Shown one piece after another: positions 38,858 to 39,165 of a DNA stretch of 39,165 nucleotides. A model generated the notes under the pieces. The model was not told the origin of the DNA and did no database searches. It was given only the letters and a program-made list of their open reading frames with translations. Both the position numbers and the translations under genes were made by a program. The number at the start of each line of letters is the position of its first letter. Position 1 is the stretch's first letter. This stretch comes from Octopus sinensis (Eukaryota). The stretch covers positions 1-39,165 of the forward strand of contig NW_021835918.1 of the NCBI RefSeq assembly GCF_006345805.1. Reading direction: 5' to 3'.

Positions 38858-38950
38858 TATGTATGTATGTAAGTATGTATGTATGTATGTATGTATGTAT
38901 TTATGTATGTATGTATGTATGTAGGTATGCGTATATGTATGTATGTATGC
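38858..38950. repeat. (TATG)n tail of the RTE element
   Basis: Starts immediately after the element 3' end; RTE-clade elements typically end in short tandem repeats. Confidence 0.9.
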
Positions 38951-39165
38951 TGTTATATATATAGTGCTTATGGGTGTCCTGTATGTGTGTATGTTTATGT
39001 ATGTGTTCCTTTTACTTTTTATTTTTTTTTATCCTTATTCTTACCCTTCTACCCCTATCTTATTTCCATTCCTTTCTCCTCTCTCTCTCTCTCTTCTCCC
39101 CCCTCTCTCTCCTTATCACACCAGTCACAAAACATATCTGTGCCTATCTTATGTTCTCGCTCTCT

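Overview
Eukaryotic, AT-rich, repeat-dense DNA with no recognisable host protein-coding exon. The SINE types and microsatellite spectrum suggest a coleoid cephalopod, probably Octopus (inference from repeat recognition, not a search). Almost all long ORFs in the track are microsatellite translations or antisense shadows. Three non-LTR retrotransposon clades are present: (1) an apparently full-length ~5.8 kb Tx1-like (L1-group) LINE on the minus strand, with an uninterrupted 1143-aa APE-RT-CCHC ORF2 and a frameshifted AT-rich ORF1, bounded on both sides by (GATA)n; (2) 5'-truncated Dong/R4-type RLE elements stacked in (TAA)n tracts; (3) a degenerate full-length RTE/BovB-type LINE whose C-terminus carries three tandem C2H2 fingers. 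Also present are three mariner relics (one gave rise to a 27-bp minisatellite, one hosts a foldback insert), a Helitron helicase scrap, many tRNA-derived SINEs, degenerate minimal-hammerhead-like motifs, a ~430-bp palindrome, and a ~1.7-kb tandem duplication that may be an assembly artefact. Element boundaries were read by eye and are approximate unless a motif is quoted.
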